DNA of 64,000 bases, taken from positions 2,542,001 to 2,606,000 of the forward strand of contig CM106585.1 in NCBI GenBank assembly GCA_048013815.1. The letters are read 5' to 3'. The DNA is from Setoptus koraiensis. Lineage: Eukaryota; Animalia; Arthropoda. A program made the position numbers and the translations under genes. Every line of letters begins with the position of its first letter. Positions within the stretch are counted from its first letter, which is position 1. Positions 23,969 to 33,928 of this stretch are shown piece after piece. The notes beneath the pieces are model-generated. The model had not been told where the DNA came from and did not search any database. It saw only the letters and a program-made list of their open reading frames with translations.

Positions 23969-25999
23969 ATGGAAGATTTTCAGGACTTTGAAGATTTAAT
24001 ACGTCGTGTAGAAGCCGACGATAGCCAGGTTCTCCAGGAGAACCTTAAGGGGGATAGATGCCAGGAATGTGATGGACAGCTGATTGAGCGTGATGGGTTG
24101 TATTATTGTGACACGTGCCAAGTACAAGCTCAAGACGTCAAATACACTGTGGAGGCAGAGTGTAATTTCGATGAAGACGGAAACTTCATACAGACTCAGA
24201 GAATTGCTCAAGAAAAAACTGATCCTAAATCCTTGGTTGATTATGGATCTGCTTGGACAACAAGTCAGGCTTTCAGTCTCATCTTGAGGGAACAAGTCGA
24301 AACACTAAAACGTAACCGAGATCGCATCTTGGTCTCACCGAAATATTATGTCCAAGTACAGGAACTATGGTCCACCTATTTCAGAAGATTTCTCATGAAT
24401 CCAGAAATGCCTCGGGAAAGAGACCTGAGTATCATGAAAGGATGCACGAAAGTTGATATACCATCAAGATCTAAACGAATTTCAAATAAGCCATTAGGCT
24501 ATCGTTTTGGACACCATAGTTTAAGTAGGCCGAGATCAAATCCTGATAATGAAGATAGAGATATGATTGTGTCGATTTTCGAACCAATTACGGAGCTTAT
24601 AATTGATGAAGAACAATCAAAGATAGAAATAATTGATGAGGAACAATTGAAGGAAGAAATAATTGATGAGGAACAATTGAAGGAAGAAATGATTCATGAG
24701 GAACAGTTGAAGGAAGAAATAATTGATGATGAACAATCGGAGGTAAAAAATACACACATGACATTAGGTAAAACATTAGGTTTTCTCGAAGCTATAGCCA
24801 GGCTTAGGTGCAATCTTATATTTGCATCAGATTTGGCCCGATGGGCTGATCAAGGAGTTTTGCCATATCATGATAGCGTGTCTTACTTTCCTGCCGATTG
24901 GAAATTGAATTATAAAGACCGTTTAATGTTTTCGCAGACAGTTTCTCCGAAACCTACCTTTATAACTAGAATAGCATCAAATCTCCTCAATGACCTATGT
25001 GATTCTTTCCAGTTATCGATACCCGATCCAAAAGATATCCTAAGAAGGATGCTCATAGACATGAATATGCCTTGCACTGATCATGGTCTAGTTGATCTAG
25101 TTCTTGACACGGTCTCGTTTGACGATCTCAAGATGAAATTGTCCGTTACACTTGGATCAAAGAAAAAGAGAGTCCAAACTATACCACAGTATGATCGTTG
25201 GGCCGCGGCAATGATTATAATAACATTGAAAAAACATTTTGTCTTTGATAGCTTATATGAAAATTGCATAAGTTCTCTTGCAAACAGTCACAATGAAGAA
25301 AACTTTACAAATACGTTTGTTTTCAAAGACTGGTTTGAACAGAGCTATGCCAGATTTAGACTTATCGAGCAATATGATGTAGGACATTACAATCAGAATC
25401 GTGAAAAGATGGAATCATCAACTTTTTGTCGATTTTTTGCCTCCGAAGCTAACAAGTGGTTCAACGCAGCAACAACTAGAACGCCAGGCATTTACAGGTC
25501 AAAAAACGATGTCAATCGACAACGCGATCTCAAGCATTTCTTGATGTCTGCAATACCTTTGCCAGTAGACAAAAACGTAACTCATGTGTGGGAGAGACCA
25601 AATCCTTCTCTAACTCCTCTCACCGATGCTTACAATCGCGTCAGGGACACGGCCAAGAAAATATTCCCAGATGTAAATTTGGATAGAGATTTTAAGAAAA
25701 CCACTATGAATTTTTACACTCATAATGAGAAAAAGAATGATTTTTGTGCTATACGAGATGAACGACAATGGTCGTTGGGTATACAACGCAAAAGCATCCC
25801 TGTCAGGACTGCAGAAGATTGGCCTGTTACATTCAAGCATCTACTTCACATTTCCGGTTATTTGTGTTACTGTGATCCTCAAGAAATTCTACGCGAGTTG
25901 CTAATAGTAGAAAGGGTAGTGGCCTCCAAGACACTCACCAGATTTAGGAGAGGAAGAGTTAAAAATTTTTGTATGAATAAAGCATCTTTTCGTTCTTAA
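23969..25999 (+). CDS. TAF1B: RNA polymerase I SL1 subunit TAF1B/Rrn7, intronless
   Basis: N-terminal zinc ribbon RCQECDG...DGLYYCDTC, WTTSQAFSLILREQV, then TLGFL...ASDLARWADQGVLPY, typical of TAF1B/RRN7. First ATG is at 23969 (the track's 23957 start is TTG). Confidence 0.8.
   Translation: MEDFQDFEDLIRRVEADDSQVLQENLKGDRCQECDGQLIERDGLYYCDTCQVQAQDVKYTVEAECNFDEDGNFIQTQRIAQEKTDPKSLVDYGSAWTTSQAFSLILREQVETLKRNRDRILVSPKYYVQVQELWSTYFRRFLMNPEMPRERDLSIMKGCTKVDIPSRSKRISNKPLGYRFGHHSLSRPRSNPDNEDRDMIVSIFEPITELIIDEEQSKIEIIDEEQLKEEIIDEEQLKEEMIHEEQLKEEIIDDEQSEVKNTHMTLGKTLGFLEAIARLRCNLIFASDLARWADQGVLPYHDSVSYFPADWKLNYKDRLMFSQTVSPKPTFITRIASNLLNDLCDSFQLSIPDPKDILRRMLIDMNMPCTDHGLVDLVLDTVSFDDLKMKLSVTLGSKKKRVQTIPQYDRWAAAMIIITLKKHFVFDSLYENCISSLANSHNEENFTNTFVFKDWFEQSYARFRLIEQYDVGHYNQNREKMESSTFCRFFASEANKWFNAATTRTPGIYRSKNDVNRQRDLKHFLMSAIPLPVDKNVTHVWERPNPSLTPLTDAYNRVRDTAKKIFPDVNLDRDFKKTTMNFYTHNEKKNDFCAIRDERQWSLGIQRKSIPVRTAEDWPVTFKHLLHISGYLCYCDPQEILRELLIVERVVASKTLTRFRRGRVKNFCMNKASFRS
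24601..24750 (+). repeat. Five-unit 30-bp coding minisatellite (EEIIDEEQLK) in TAF1B
   Basis: aattgatgaggaacaattgaaggaagaaat repeated with exact 30-nt period. Confidence 0.92.
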
Positions 26000-26156
26000 T
26001 ATATCCGATCAATGAGCACAACGTAGTGTAAAACTTCTTTAATAAATAACCAAAAATACAGGTAAATTATCTTTTCAAATATTGTTTCTTGAGTGCGAAC
26101 TTTTTAATATGTCCGATCAAAGATTGGGGCTATGTTACAATGTTGGCCATCTGAGC

Positions 26157-28289
26157 TTACCACTCTTCGTCCACGGCTGCTACGGCATCATTTGTAACAC
26201 TAGCTGAGGTTTCATTGCCCCACCCGCCGTCTGCCTCTCCGTTTGTTTCTCCGTTTGTTGGCTGCATGTCGCTAGAGGATGCAAAAAAGTCTGGTATCTC
26301 TTGATTGGCCTCCTTCAACAGAGGAATGAGTTCTTCCAATATTTCTGTATCTTTGTCCTGATCATAAAAACTAACAGCTTTTCCCGGGTGGCCTGCTCTA
26401 CCTGTTCGGCCTATCCTGTGGACATATTCGTCGATATTGTTTGGTAAATCATAGTTTATAACTAGATATACTTTGGGTAGATCGAGGCCACGATTTCCTA
26501 CTGGGCTCGATATTAAAAATCTCCTTTCGCCTCTCTTGAATTGAAGTATAGCTTCTTCCCTTTGTTGTTGATGACGATCTCCATGTATACTGGTGGCACT
26601 TAAGTTTAGGGCAGTGAAGAAACCAGCGAGCATATCGGCTGCGGCTTTTGTTTGTGTGAAAATTATCGTTTTTTGATCTTCTGGCACTTGAGCCAAAATT
26701 TTTTTGAGCTCTCTTTTCTTTTCTGCCCGTGTCACTTTTATAAACTCTTGGGTTATGTTACTGTTGGCCGAACCGACTCTTCCAACGGTGATGAAGGCAA
26801 ATTTGTTCCCTATCAATTCTCTTGCTACCCTTTGTGTTTCAGGTTTGAATGTTGCACTAAAGAAGAGGATTTGCCTCTGATCTTGAGGAGGCATACTCTC
26901 GTGAGCGAGAATTTCTCTGATATCGTTGATGAAACCATCGTCTATGAGACGGTCTCCTTCATCCAATATGATAAACTTGATATTCTTGAATCCAATCCAA
27001 TTTCTAGCTACAAAATCTTTGAGCCTTCCTGGTGTGGATACAAGCACGTTGCAACCTCTACTGATTTGAGCTTTCAAGTGACCTGTTGATATGCCGCCAT
27101 ATATGACGTGACATTTGACAACTGTATCTCTTGACCACTTTAAGGTTTCGTTGTGTAGTTGCCTTGCTAGTTCACGGGTTGGTGCTATGATTAGGCATGA
27201 TGGCTCCTGAGTTTCCTGATCAGCATTATTCGGCAGATTTGAGTTTTTCGAATCATTCAACAAGGTCTGGATGACAGGAACTGTAAATGCAGCGGTTTTT
27301 CCTGAACCAGTTTGGGCACAACCAATAATGTTGAGTCCATCCAGCAGAGCTGGCATTGCCCACTTCTGGATTGGGGTCATCTTTTTGTAGTTTGCTTTCT
27401 CCAGGTGACTTAGCAGCAACTCACTTGAGATCACATCTTTGAATGCGTTTATGGGTTTGACTATTCCAGGTGGCACACAAGTGACAATCTGATCACAATA
27501 ATGATCAAAATGGACTCCCTCTTCGACTGCAGTAAGTTTGGCCTCCTCATCAAGATCTATCTCCTCAGGTCTGTATGGTGCGGGTCTATCTTCGTCGGGC
27601 TTATCCCTGGGTTTAGATGATTCTTCCCGGCCGTCAGCGCCTGTGGCTCCCCATCCGCCATCGCCTGTGGCTCCCCATCCGCCGCTATCTTTGTCGGGCT
27701 TATCCCTGGGTTTGGATGATCCTCCCCATGCGTCACCGCCTGAGGCTCCCCATCCGCCGCTATCTTTGTCGGGCTTATCCCTGGGTTTAGATGATCCTCC
27801 CCATCCATCACCGCCTGAGGCTCCCCATCCGCCGCTATCTTTGTCGGGCTTATCCCTGGGTTTAGACGATCCTCCCCGACCGTCAGCGCCTGTGGCTCCC
27901 CATCCGTCATCACCTGTGGCTCCCCACCCGCCGCTATCTTTTTGGGGCTTATCTCTGGGTTTAGATGATCCTCCCCATCCATCACCGCCTGAGGCTCCCC
28001 ATCCGCCGCTATCTTTTTGGGGCTTATCCCTGGGTTTAAATGATCCTCCTCGGCCGTTAGCGCCTGTAGCTCCCCATCCGTCATCACCTGTGGCTCCCCA
28101 TCCGCCGCTATCTTTTTGGGGCTTATCTCTGGGTTTAGATGATCCGCCCCATGTGTCACCGCCTGTGGCTCCCCATCCGCCGCTATCTTTTTGGGGCTTA
28201 TCATTGGGTTTAGATGATTCTCCCCATTCGTCACCGCCTGAGGTTCCCCATCCGTCATCGTCTAGTTTTTGTTTCTTGTAGGAGCTCAT
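26157..28289 (-). CDS. vas: Vasa/DDX4-like DEAD-box RNA helicase, intronless (alternative in-frame ATG at 28370)
   Basis: Q motif MTPIQKWAMP, AQTGSGKT, PTRELA, TPGRL, DEGD, SAT, HGDRHQQQRE, HRIGRTGRAG, plus the acidic C-terminus ending in Trp (VDEEW) characteristic of Vasa. Confidence 0.88.
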   Translation of the reverse strand: MSSYKKQKLDDDGWGTSGGDEWGESSKPNDKPQKDSGGWGATGGDTWGGSSKPRDKPQKDSGGWGATGDDGWGATGANGRGGSFKPRDKPQKDSGGWGASGGDGWGGSSKPRDKPQKDSGGWGATGDDGWGATGADGRGGSSKPRDKPDKDSGGWGASGGDGWGGSSKPRDKPDKDSGGWGASGGDAWGGSSKPRDKPDKDSGGWGATGDGGWGATGADGREESSKPRDKPDEDRPAPYRPEEIDLDEEAKLTAVEEGVHFDHYCDQIVTCVPPGIVKPINAFKDVISSELLLSHLEKANYKKMTPIQKWAMPALLDGLNIIGCAQTGSGKTAAFTVPVIQTLLNDSKNSNLPNNADQETQEPSCLIIAPTRELARQLHNETLKWSRDTVVKCHVIYGGISTGHLKAQISRGCNVLVSTPGRLKDFVARNWIGFKNIKFIILDEGDRLIDDGFINDIREILAHESMPPQDQRQILFFSATFKPETQRVARELIGNKFAFITVGRVGSANSNITQEFIKVTRAEKKRELKKILAQVPEDQKTIIFTQTKAAADMLAGFFTALNLSATSIHGDRHQQQREEAILQFKRGERRFLISSPVGNRGLDLPKVYLVINYDLPNNIDEYVHRIGRTGRAGHPGKAVSFYDQDKDTEILEELIPLLKEANQEIPDFFASSSDMQPTNGETNGEADGGWGNETSASVTNDAVAAVDEEW
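27590..28260 (-). repeat. Coding tandem array of 25-aa and 33-aa GW-rich units in the Vasa N-terminus
   Basis: Seven units of S(S/F)KP(R/N)DKP(Q/D)KDSGGWGA...WG..., alternating 75-nt and 99-nt variants. Confidence 0.95.
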
Positions 28290-28943
28290 TGTAGCATTGA
28301 AATGTTGAAAATTAGTTACTACTGATATCACGTGTGTAACAATCGCCTCAGCAAATGAAGAGCGTTTCATTCCAAACGCGCATTTGAACTAAAGGGTGTG
28401 AGGACCAATACAACAAGTTTCTACAGATGAAGCCACACTGCCTTCCACAGTTCATTTTCTGCACACAAACACAGAGCGCCGCTTGAGATTTTTCCAATAT
28501 ACACCGATATTTTAGGAAAGATCCACCAGAGGCGCTGCTCAGATATCGCTCATCACAGAATGGAGCGCAGCGCTGCCCTCGCGGAGTTTTCTCAAACTAT
28601 TGTCGGTGCATCAGAAAAACCTTACTCACACTGTGCTTATGTATATCGCACAGCTCGTACATGAATAGGTTTTTGAGCAAGCTTAGCGCCATAATACAAC
28701 ATGGGCACACAATACTACTTTGCGCTCTCTGTGCACCTGTGCTGCGCACGTGATTTTGTACTTACACCGCTTGCTCCTCACACCCTATAAAACACACTGT
28801 TCAAATTCTAGCACATGGTGCTTTTGTCAATTATCGAAAAATGGAGCACTGCTGAAGGTAGCCGTAGCCTTTTTAGTACTAATGCGCGTTTGGAACGAGA
28901 CACTCTCTAGAGCCGAAAGGGTTATACAATCGCTAACATGGAT

Positions 28944-29090
28944 TACGGTACAGGGGCACGAGCATTGCGTCTTGCCCCCAGATGCGCAGGATCGACATCT
29001 CTGGTGCCGACCAGCAGATGTTCTGCTGGTTTCAAATTCGCGCTCAGTTCTGCGCAGGGAAAACGTACTGTTCTACCCCCCTGTACCATA
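28944..29090. mobile_element. About 147-bp TA-bounded MITE-like element (Tc1/mariner-type ends)
   Basis: Left TACGGTACAGGGG and right CCCCTGTACCATA are inverted repeats matching at 12 of 13 bases. Confidence 0.5.
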
Positions 29091-29222
29091 ATTCATGTTC
29101 GCCATTGTAGAAGAAGTTTATTCAAAAAGAGCGCCCCTCTACTGCGCACAGAAAAGGGAAAAAATGCTTTCCCCTTTCTGAATGCTTATGAACGCGATTG
29201 TACTATTGTAGTATACCTAGTT

Positions 29223-29327
29223 GAGCTGGGAGACAGGACTTGCGTGCTCTGAGTCGGACTTGGCCAACCGCAGCGAACATTAAGTCTGATGGTGCAAGTC
29301 CTAGTCCAAGTCGAGTCCCCATCCCTA
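29223..29327. mobile_element. Degenerate hAT-like mini element upstream of PP1
   Basis: AGGACTTGC/GCAAGTCCT and GACTTGG/CCAAGTC inverted pairs. The right end reads TAGGGATGGG on the minus strand. TSD not convincing. Confidence 0.35.
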
Positions 29328-29448
29328 GCCGAGTAATATCAAACCATTTCTTATCATTTCTATATATATGTTTATTTATATATATTTATATTTATATATA
29401 TATATATATTCACATATATATCCACATTTAATCACATCAAATAAATAA

Positions 29449-30432
29449 ATGGCTGAGCAAGACAAATTAAATATTGACTCTATCATCGCTAGATTGTTAG
29501 AGGTAAGAGGTTCTAGACCCGGTAAGAATGTTCAATTAAGCGACCAAGAAATCAGGAGCTTGTGCGTCAAGTCTAGAGAAATATTCCTCAGTCAACCAAT
29601 ACTGCTAGAACTTGAGGCCCCTCTCAAAATATGTGGCGACATTCATGGTCAATATTATGATTTACTACGCTTGTTCGAATATGGAGGCTTCCCACCAGAA
29701 TCAAATTATCTCTTCTTGGGTGACTATGTGGACCGAGGAAAACAATCCCTTGAGACGATTTGCTTATTGTTAGCTTATAAGATTAAATACCCAGAAAACT
29801 TCTTTCTATTACGTGGCAACCATGAATGTGCTAGTATAAATCGTATCTATGGATTTTATGACGAATGTAAAAGACGTTACAACATCAAATTGTGGAAAAC
29901 ATTTACAGATTGTTTCAATTGCTTACCTGTGGCTGCTATTGTCGACGAAAAAATCTTCTGTTGTCATGGTGGTTTGAGCCCGGATCTGACTTCTATGGAA
30001 CAAATACGTCGCCTTATGCGCCCTACAGACGTTCCGGATACTGGTCTACTCTGCGATCTATTGTGGTCTGACCCAGATAAAGACGTCCACGGATGGGGCG
30101 AAAACGACCGAGGTGTCTCATTCACTTTTGGTGCCGATATCGTTGGTAAATTTCTGAGTCGTCACGACCTTGATCTTATTTGTAGAGCTCATCAAGTAGT
30201 GGAAGACGGTTATGAATTCTTTGCCAAACGTCAGTTAGTTACTCTATTTTCCGCTCCAAACTACTGCGGTGAGTTCGATAATGCCGGTGGAATGATGAGC
30301 GTAGATGAAACTTTGATGTGTTCGTTTCAAATCCTCAAGCCTTCAGAGAAGAAAACAAAGTATCAATACAGCGGCCTTAACTCTACTAGGCCAGTGACAC
30401 CACCAAGAGGCCCCATCAAAAAGAAACAATAG
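29449..30432 (+). CDS. PP1: Serine/threonine protein phosphatase 1 catalytic subunit, intronless
   Basis: GDIHGQ, GDYVDRG, RGNHE, HGGLSP, RAHQ, SAPNYC and C-terminal RPVTPPR. Confidence 0.98.
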   Translation: MAEQDKLNIDSIIARLLEVRGSRPGKNVQLSDQEIRSLCVKSREIFLSQPILLELEAPLKICGDIHGQYYDLLRLFEYGGFPPESNYLFLGDYVDRGKQSLETICLLLAYKIKYPENFFLLRGNHECASINRIYGFYDECKRRYNIKLWKTFTDCFNCLPVAAIVDEKIFCCHGGLSPDLTSMEQIRRLMRPTDVPDTGLLCDLLWSDPDKDVHGWGENDRGVSFTFGADIVGKFLSRHDLDLICRAHQVVEDGYEFFAKRQLVTLFSAPNYCGEFDNAGGMMSVDETLMCSFQILKPSEKKTKYQYSGLNSTRPVTPPRGPIKKKQ

Positions 30433-30787
30433 GTTACTAGAATGGAGAAAGTATTATAGTTAACTCGAGCTTATCAACAAGAAGCAATTTTGAAGGAGGT
30501 TAATAGGAGGACATCCAAATTGTCGGTTAAAATAAACGATTAAATCAGTTCATGATGGTAGATTGAGATTCATACTTTACTAAGCCTGCACGCAAGCTGA
30601 TATTCGTCATTAAGACAGCAGAAAACGATTTAGCATGACCATGAGCACTGGCATGATTGATGTCGATATGAAGGTTTAAAAAACATTGCATATAATAACC
30701 TTTATTGCACCTCCAGAGCATGAAAAGTCTATTATTACACTTTCTTAACTCCTATCTAGTATTCCTAGTACGCCAATTTTGTTGATA

Positions 30788-33349
30788 TCAATCAACTCGT
30801 CTATTACCGCTTATTCTCATAGATCTTGATTGTCTCAGATTGCGACCAGACGCCCTGCGTACCATCGATCTGAAGTGGTTCTGTCCTGATAGATGTCCAT
30901 CCTTGGCCGGGGCGCTACTATTAGCACCTAGTTGAGATCCTTCTCTGTCCATCTCCATGGCTTCCAATTTTTGAGTTAGCATTACTTTTTGCTCGATAGC
31001 CATGCGCAATATACTGTTCAAGGTGTTCTTTTCTTGCTCGCTGGCTGCTAATCTAGATGTCAGATCATCTATTGTCGCGCTTAATTCCTCGCATCTATTG
31101 CTGAACATGGATCTCAAAGATGCGAAGGTGGCGGCATCCTCTTTTAAGGCTTTAAGTTCGCGTCTCAGCTTGTCCATTGTTTCCGTTACAACTCCTTTCT
31201 CCTTTTCGTATTTAGATTTTAGGATACCTAAAGAGACTTCAGCAGTTTGGCTGCTCACTCGAAGATAGTTACGGAGGCTTTTCAGTCTGGCTTCTTTAGT
31301 ATTCAATAAAGATTTCAATCGTTCCACAGTAGCGAGATCCTCTCCTTCACATACTATATTGCTGTTCACAGTCGGTTTATCAGTTTCAGATTGATCCTGA
31401 CCAAGAGATTGATTCTTTGGTGACTGTTTCTCCAAGGATTCTCGTAGGTATTTGAGTTGATCTTTAACTGTTTCGACCAACTTGGTTATTTCATAGGATC
31501 GCAAACTTCTGGAAGAGGACATGTTTTCAGGGTAATTTCTATGGTTGCTTTGATCATCACTGGAGTATTTCGAACGTATAGCTTCATATTTGCTTGTTAG
31601 CCTCTCCTGTTCTACAGCTTCTATCGAGTCTTGACAGAGCAAGTCGCTATCTGCACTCTTGAGGATCACTCGCTTAGGTTGTTCTCCGTTTAATCGACAT
31701 ACACGATTGTAAACGGAATCTATCTCAACGCTTACAGTCGTTAATTGTTCGTGAGTTAAAGAGAGATTATTTTGAAATTCGTCAAATAAATTGAGCATAA
31801 GCTGAATATCATCCTTCACTATATTCAGGCGACTCTCGTTCTGCTTGGAATTCATAATAATATTGCTCATTTCTTGGTGTGATTTGATATCCACAAGAAT
31901 ATCATTCAGGTATGCATAGATAAGCTTGAATTCGTCATTATCTTTGTCGTCAGAGTCGCTCATCTTTTGCTCCTCTTGTATGCGTGACTTGATTGATTCG
32001 GAGCAATTATCCTTAACGAGAGAACATATAGCATCCAACTTCTTCTCGATAGAACCAGCTTCTTTGATCCTTGCATCTAGTTTATGTTGAAGATCTTTAA
32101 TCTTGCAGTTTAGCTGATGGCGCTGGTCTTCGTTGTCATCCAATGTTTTCTGAAGCTTTTTTATTTCAGTTAGATGAACCTCATCGAACAAAGATCCCTC
32201 TAGACTTGGCATATCTAGGTCCTGCATAATATTATAGGCTCCGTCGTTCTCCGAGAACTGATTTTGAATTTTAACCGCCTCTATCGGTTCGTCAGACAAA
32301 ACACTATCGTCTTTAGGCACATTTTGATTGTTTTTCATAAGACTGGGTCCAGATCTACTGATATGGCCTGAGAAATGAGACGAACCTTTTAACGCAGCGA
32401 AAGAACTCCAGTTGACCAGCGAATCCGTGCTGTTTTTCTTGTCCAATTCCTTCTTTAATGCCTTCTTCTGCTCTATCTCATTTTGGAGAGCATCCAAAGC
32501 TCTAAGCTTCTCTCTCTCATTAATCCTCTGTAGCTCTTCAAAATCTTCCAACTGCTTATTCGCAACATCTAGCGCCTCTCTAAGTCTCTGATTATCATGT
32601 TTAGACGACTCGAATTCGATCTGTGATCTTTCTAAATAAGTGACCTGTTTTTGGAGTACGACATTGTGTCCCTCTAATTCATTGTTTTCAGTAAAAAGTC
32701 TAGTATTCCTATCTCTGAGATCTGCTAATTCTAATCTATATTGTTTTTCTGATACTTTCCTCTGCTCTTCTAGAAACTCTATCTTCTTGATTAATTCCTC
32801 GCGTTCATGGGCCAAACTCTCTTTTTCTGAGGTAGTTTCGGCTAGTTGGACACGGATATTTTTCAGATCTCGATCGAATTCTTGAATAGTTGTCGTGAAC
32901 GAAGCCTCAAGGGCTGCACTCTCATTGAGCAGACGCTCTTCTTGTTCTATTCCTGTAGTAGCAGATAATCTTTGATCTGTCCGGGATTTATTGAAGGCCT
33001 CTCGAATTTCTTGTAGTTCTAGTTTGGTCAGTTCATGCTTTGACTCCAATGAATCGTACTTCTCTTGGAGATTAACCTTTTCATTGAGCAATTCAAGACC
33101 GTAAGCAGCACTTGTGCTTCTTTCCTGTAAAGCTTTATCTAGTTCTCGATTGAGTCGTTCGACTTCAACTTTAAGGCCCTCGACAGTGAATAGGTCCGGG
33201 TAATTGCCCTGATTGGAATGCAGAGAATTGTGTCCAGATACTGTCGATTTTGCATGATCGTGAACGCTATCTGCATTTGTTTCATCTGGAATTGGTCCTC
33301 TATCCAGGGCAGGATTAGTTATATTTTTATTTTCTTCAGACAATTCCAT
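30788..33349 (-). CDS. BicD: Bicaudal-D dynein adaptor, intronless
   Basis: AAAYG-type CC1 box (SAAYGLELLNEK), long coiled coils, SLFDEVHLTEIKKL, and C-terminal LKEDAATFASLRSMFSNRC...EKNTLNSILRMAIEQKVMLTQKLE. Confidence 0.95.
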   Translation of the reverse strand: MELSEENKNITNPALDRGPIPDETNADSVHDHAKSTVSGHNSLHSNQGNYPDLFTVEGLKVEVERLNRELDKALQERSTSAAYGLELLNEKVNLQEKYDSLESKHELTKLELQEIREAFNKSRTDQRLSATTGIEQEERLLNESAALEASFTTTIQEFDRDLKNIRVQLAETTSEKESLAHEREELIKKIEFLEEQRKVSEKQYRLELADLRDRNTRLFTENNELEGHNVVLQKQVTYLERSQIEFESSKHDNQRLREALDVANKQLEDFEELQRINEREKLRALDALQNEIEQKKALKKELDKKNSTDSLVNWSSFAALKGSSHFSGHISRSGPSLMKNNQNVPKDDSVLSDEPIEAVKIQNQFSENDGAYNIMQDLDMPSLEGSLFDEVHLTEIKKLQKTLDDNEDQRHQLNCKIKDLQHKLDARIKEAGSIEKKLDAICSLVKDNCSESIKSRIQEEQKMSDSDDKDNDEFKLIYAYLNDILVDIKSHQEMSNIIMNSKQNESRLNIVKDDIQLMLNLFDEFQNNLSLTHEQLTTVSVEIDSVYNRVCRLNGEQPKRVILKSADSDLLCQDSIEAVEQERLTSKYEAIRSKYSSDDQSNHRNYPENMSSSRSLRSYEITKLVETVKDQLKYLRESLEKQSPKNQSLGQDQSETDKPTVNSNIVCEGEDLATVERLKSLLNTKEARLKSLRNYLRVSSQTAEVSLGILKSKYEKEKGVVTETMDKLRRELKALKEDAATFASLRSMFSNRCEELSATIDDLTSRLAASEQEKNTLNSILRMAIEQKVMLTQKLEAMEMDREGSQLGANSSAPAKDGHLSGQNHFRSMVRRASGRNLRQSRSMRISGNRRVD

Positions 33350-33928
33350 AGCGGCTCGGTGATTATATCATTCGTCAGGTCTGTGGCTTTACCAATCACG
33401 TTGGAATTGTTCATAATAGGACAGTGAGGATAATCATGTCATATTGGATTTCTCTCGAAGATGAGTGTGGCTAAATTTGATATGAATTTCAGTTATCGTT
33501 GTGTCGATGGAAATAAATATAATGAAGGCATTCTGGTGATGATTCAAATCAAATGTCGAAAAATATCTACATGCTTAATTTTTGCAGATATTACTTAGAC
33601 ACCACAAATGAGCACAATCGAGGCCATAATATTGCGTTCTTCATGCTTGTACAGGGCATTCTAAAAATAAATTTTCGCATGGTTAAAAGTGTGCTGTTAG
33701 CTGTGTGACCGACATAATCACACCGCACATCTGTGCTAGCGTAAGTTTACCTAAATGTATTTATATATTCCATCTTGATAATCAACACAGAATTTGTCGG
33801 TTTGTTTTATTGAATCTCTCACGAAAAGTAGAATAAATCATGTAAGATTCACTTGATACGGTAACTTTTCAGTGAGGTCAACGATAAAGCAAATATCTTA
33901 TTAGACAAAATACATCTACTAGAGTGAA

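Noticed and set aside
27538-28281. 247-aa Pro-rich plus-strand ORF and a 233-aa alternate-frame minus ORF
   Set aside because: By-products of the stop-poor Vasa tandem repeat.
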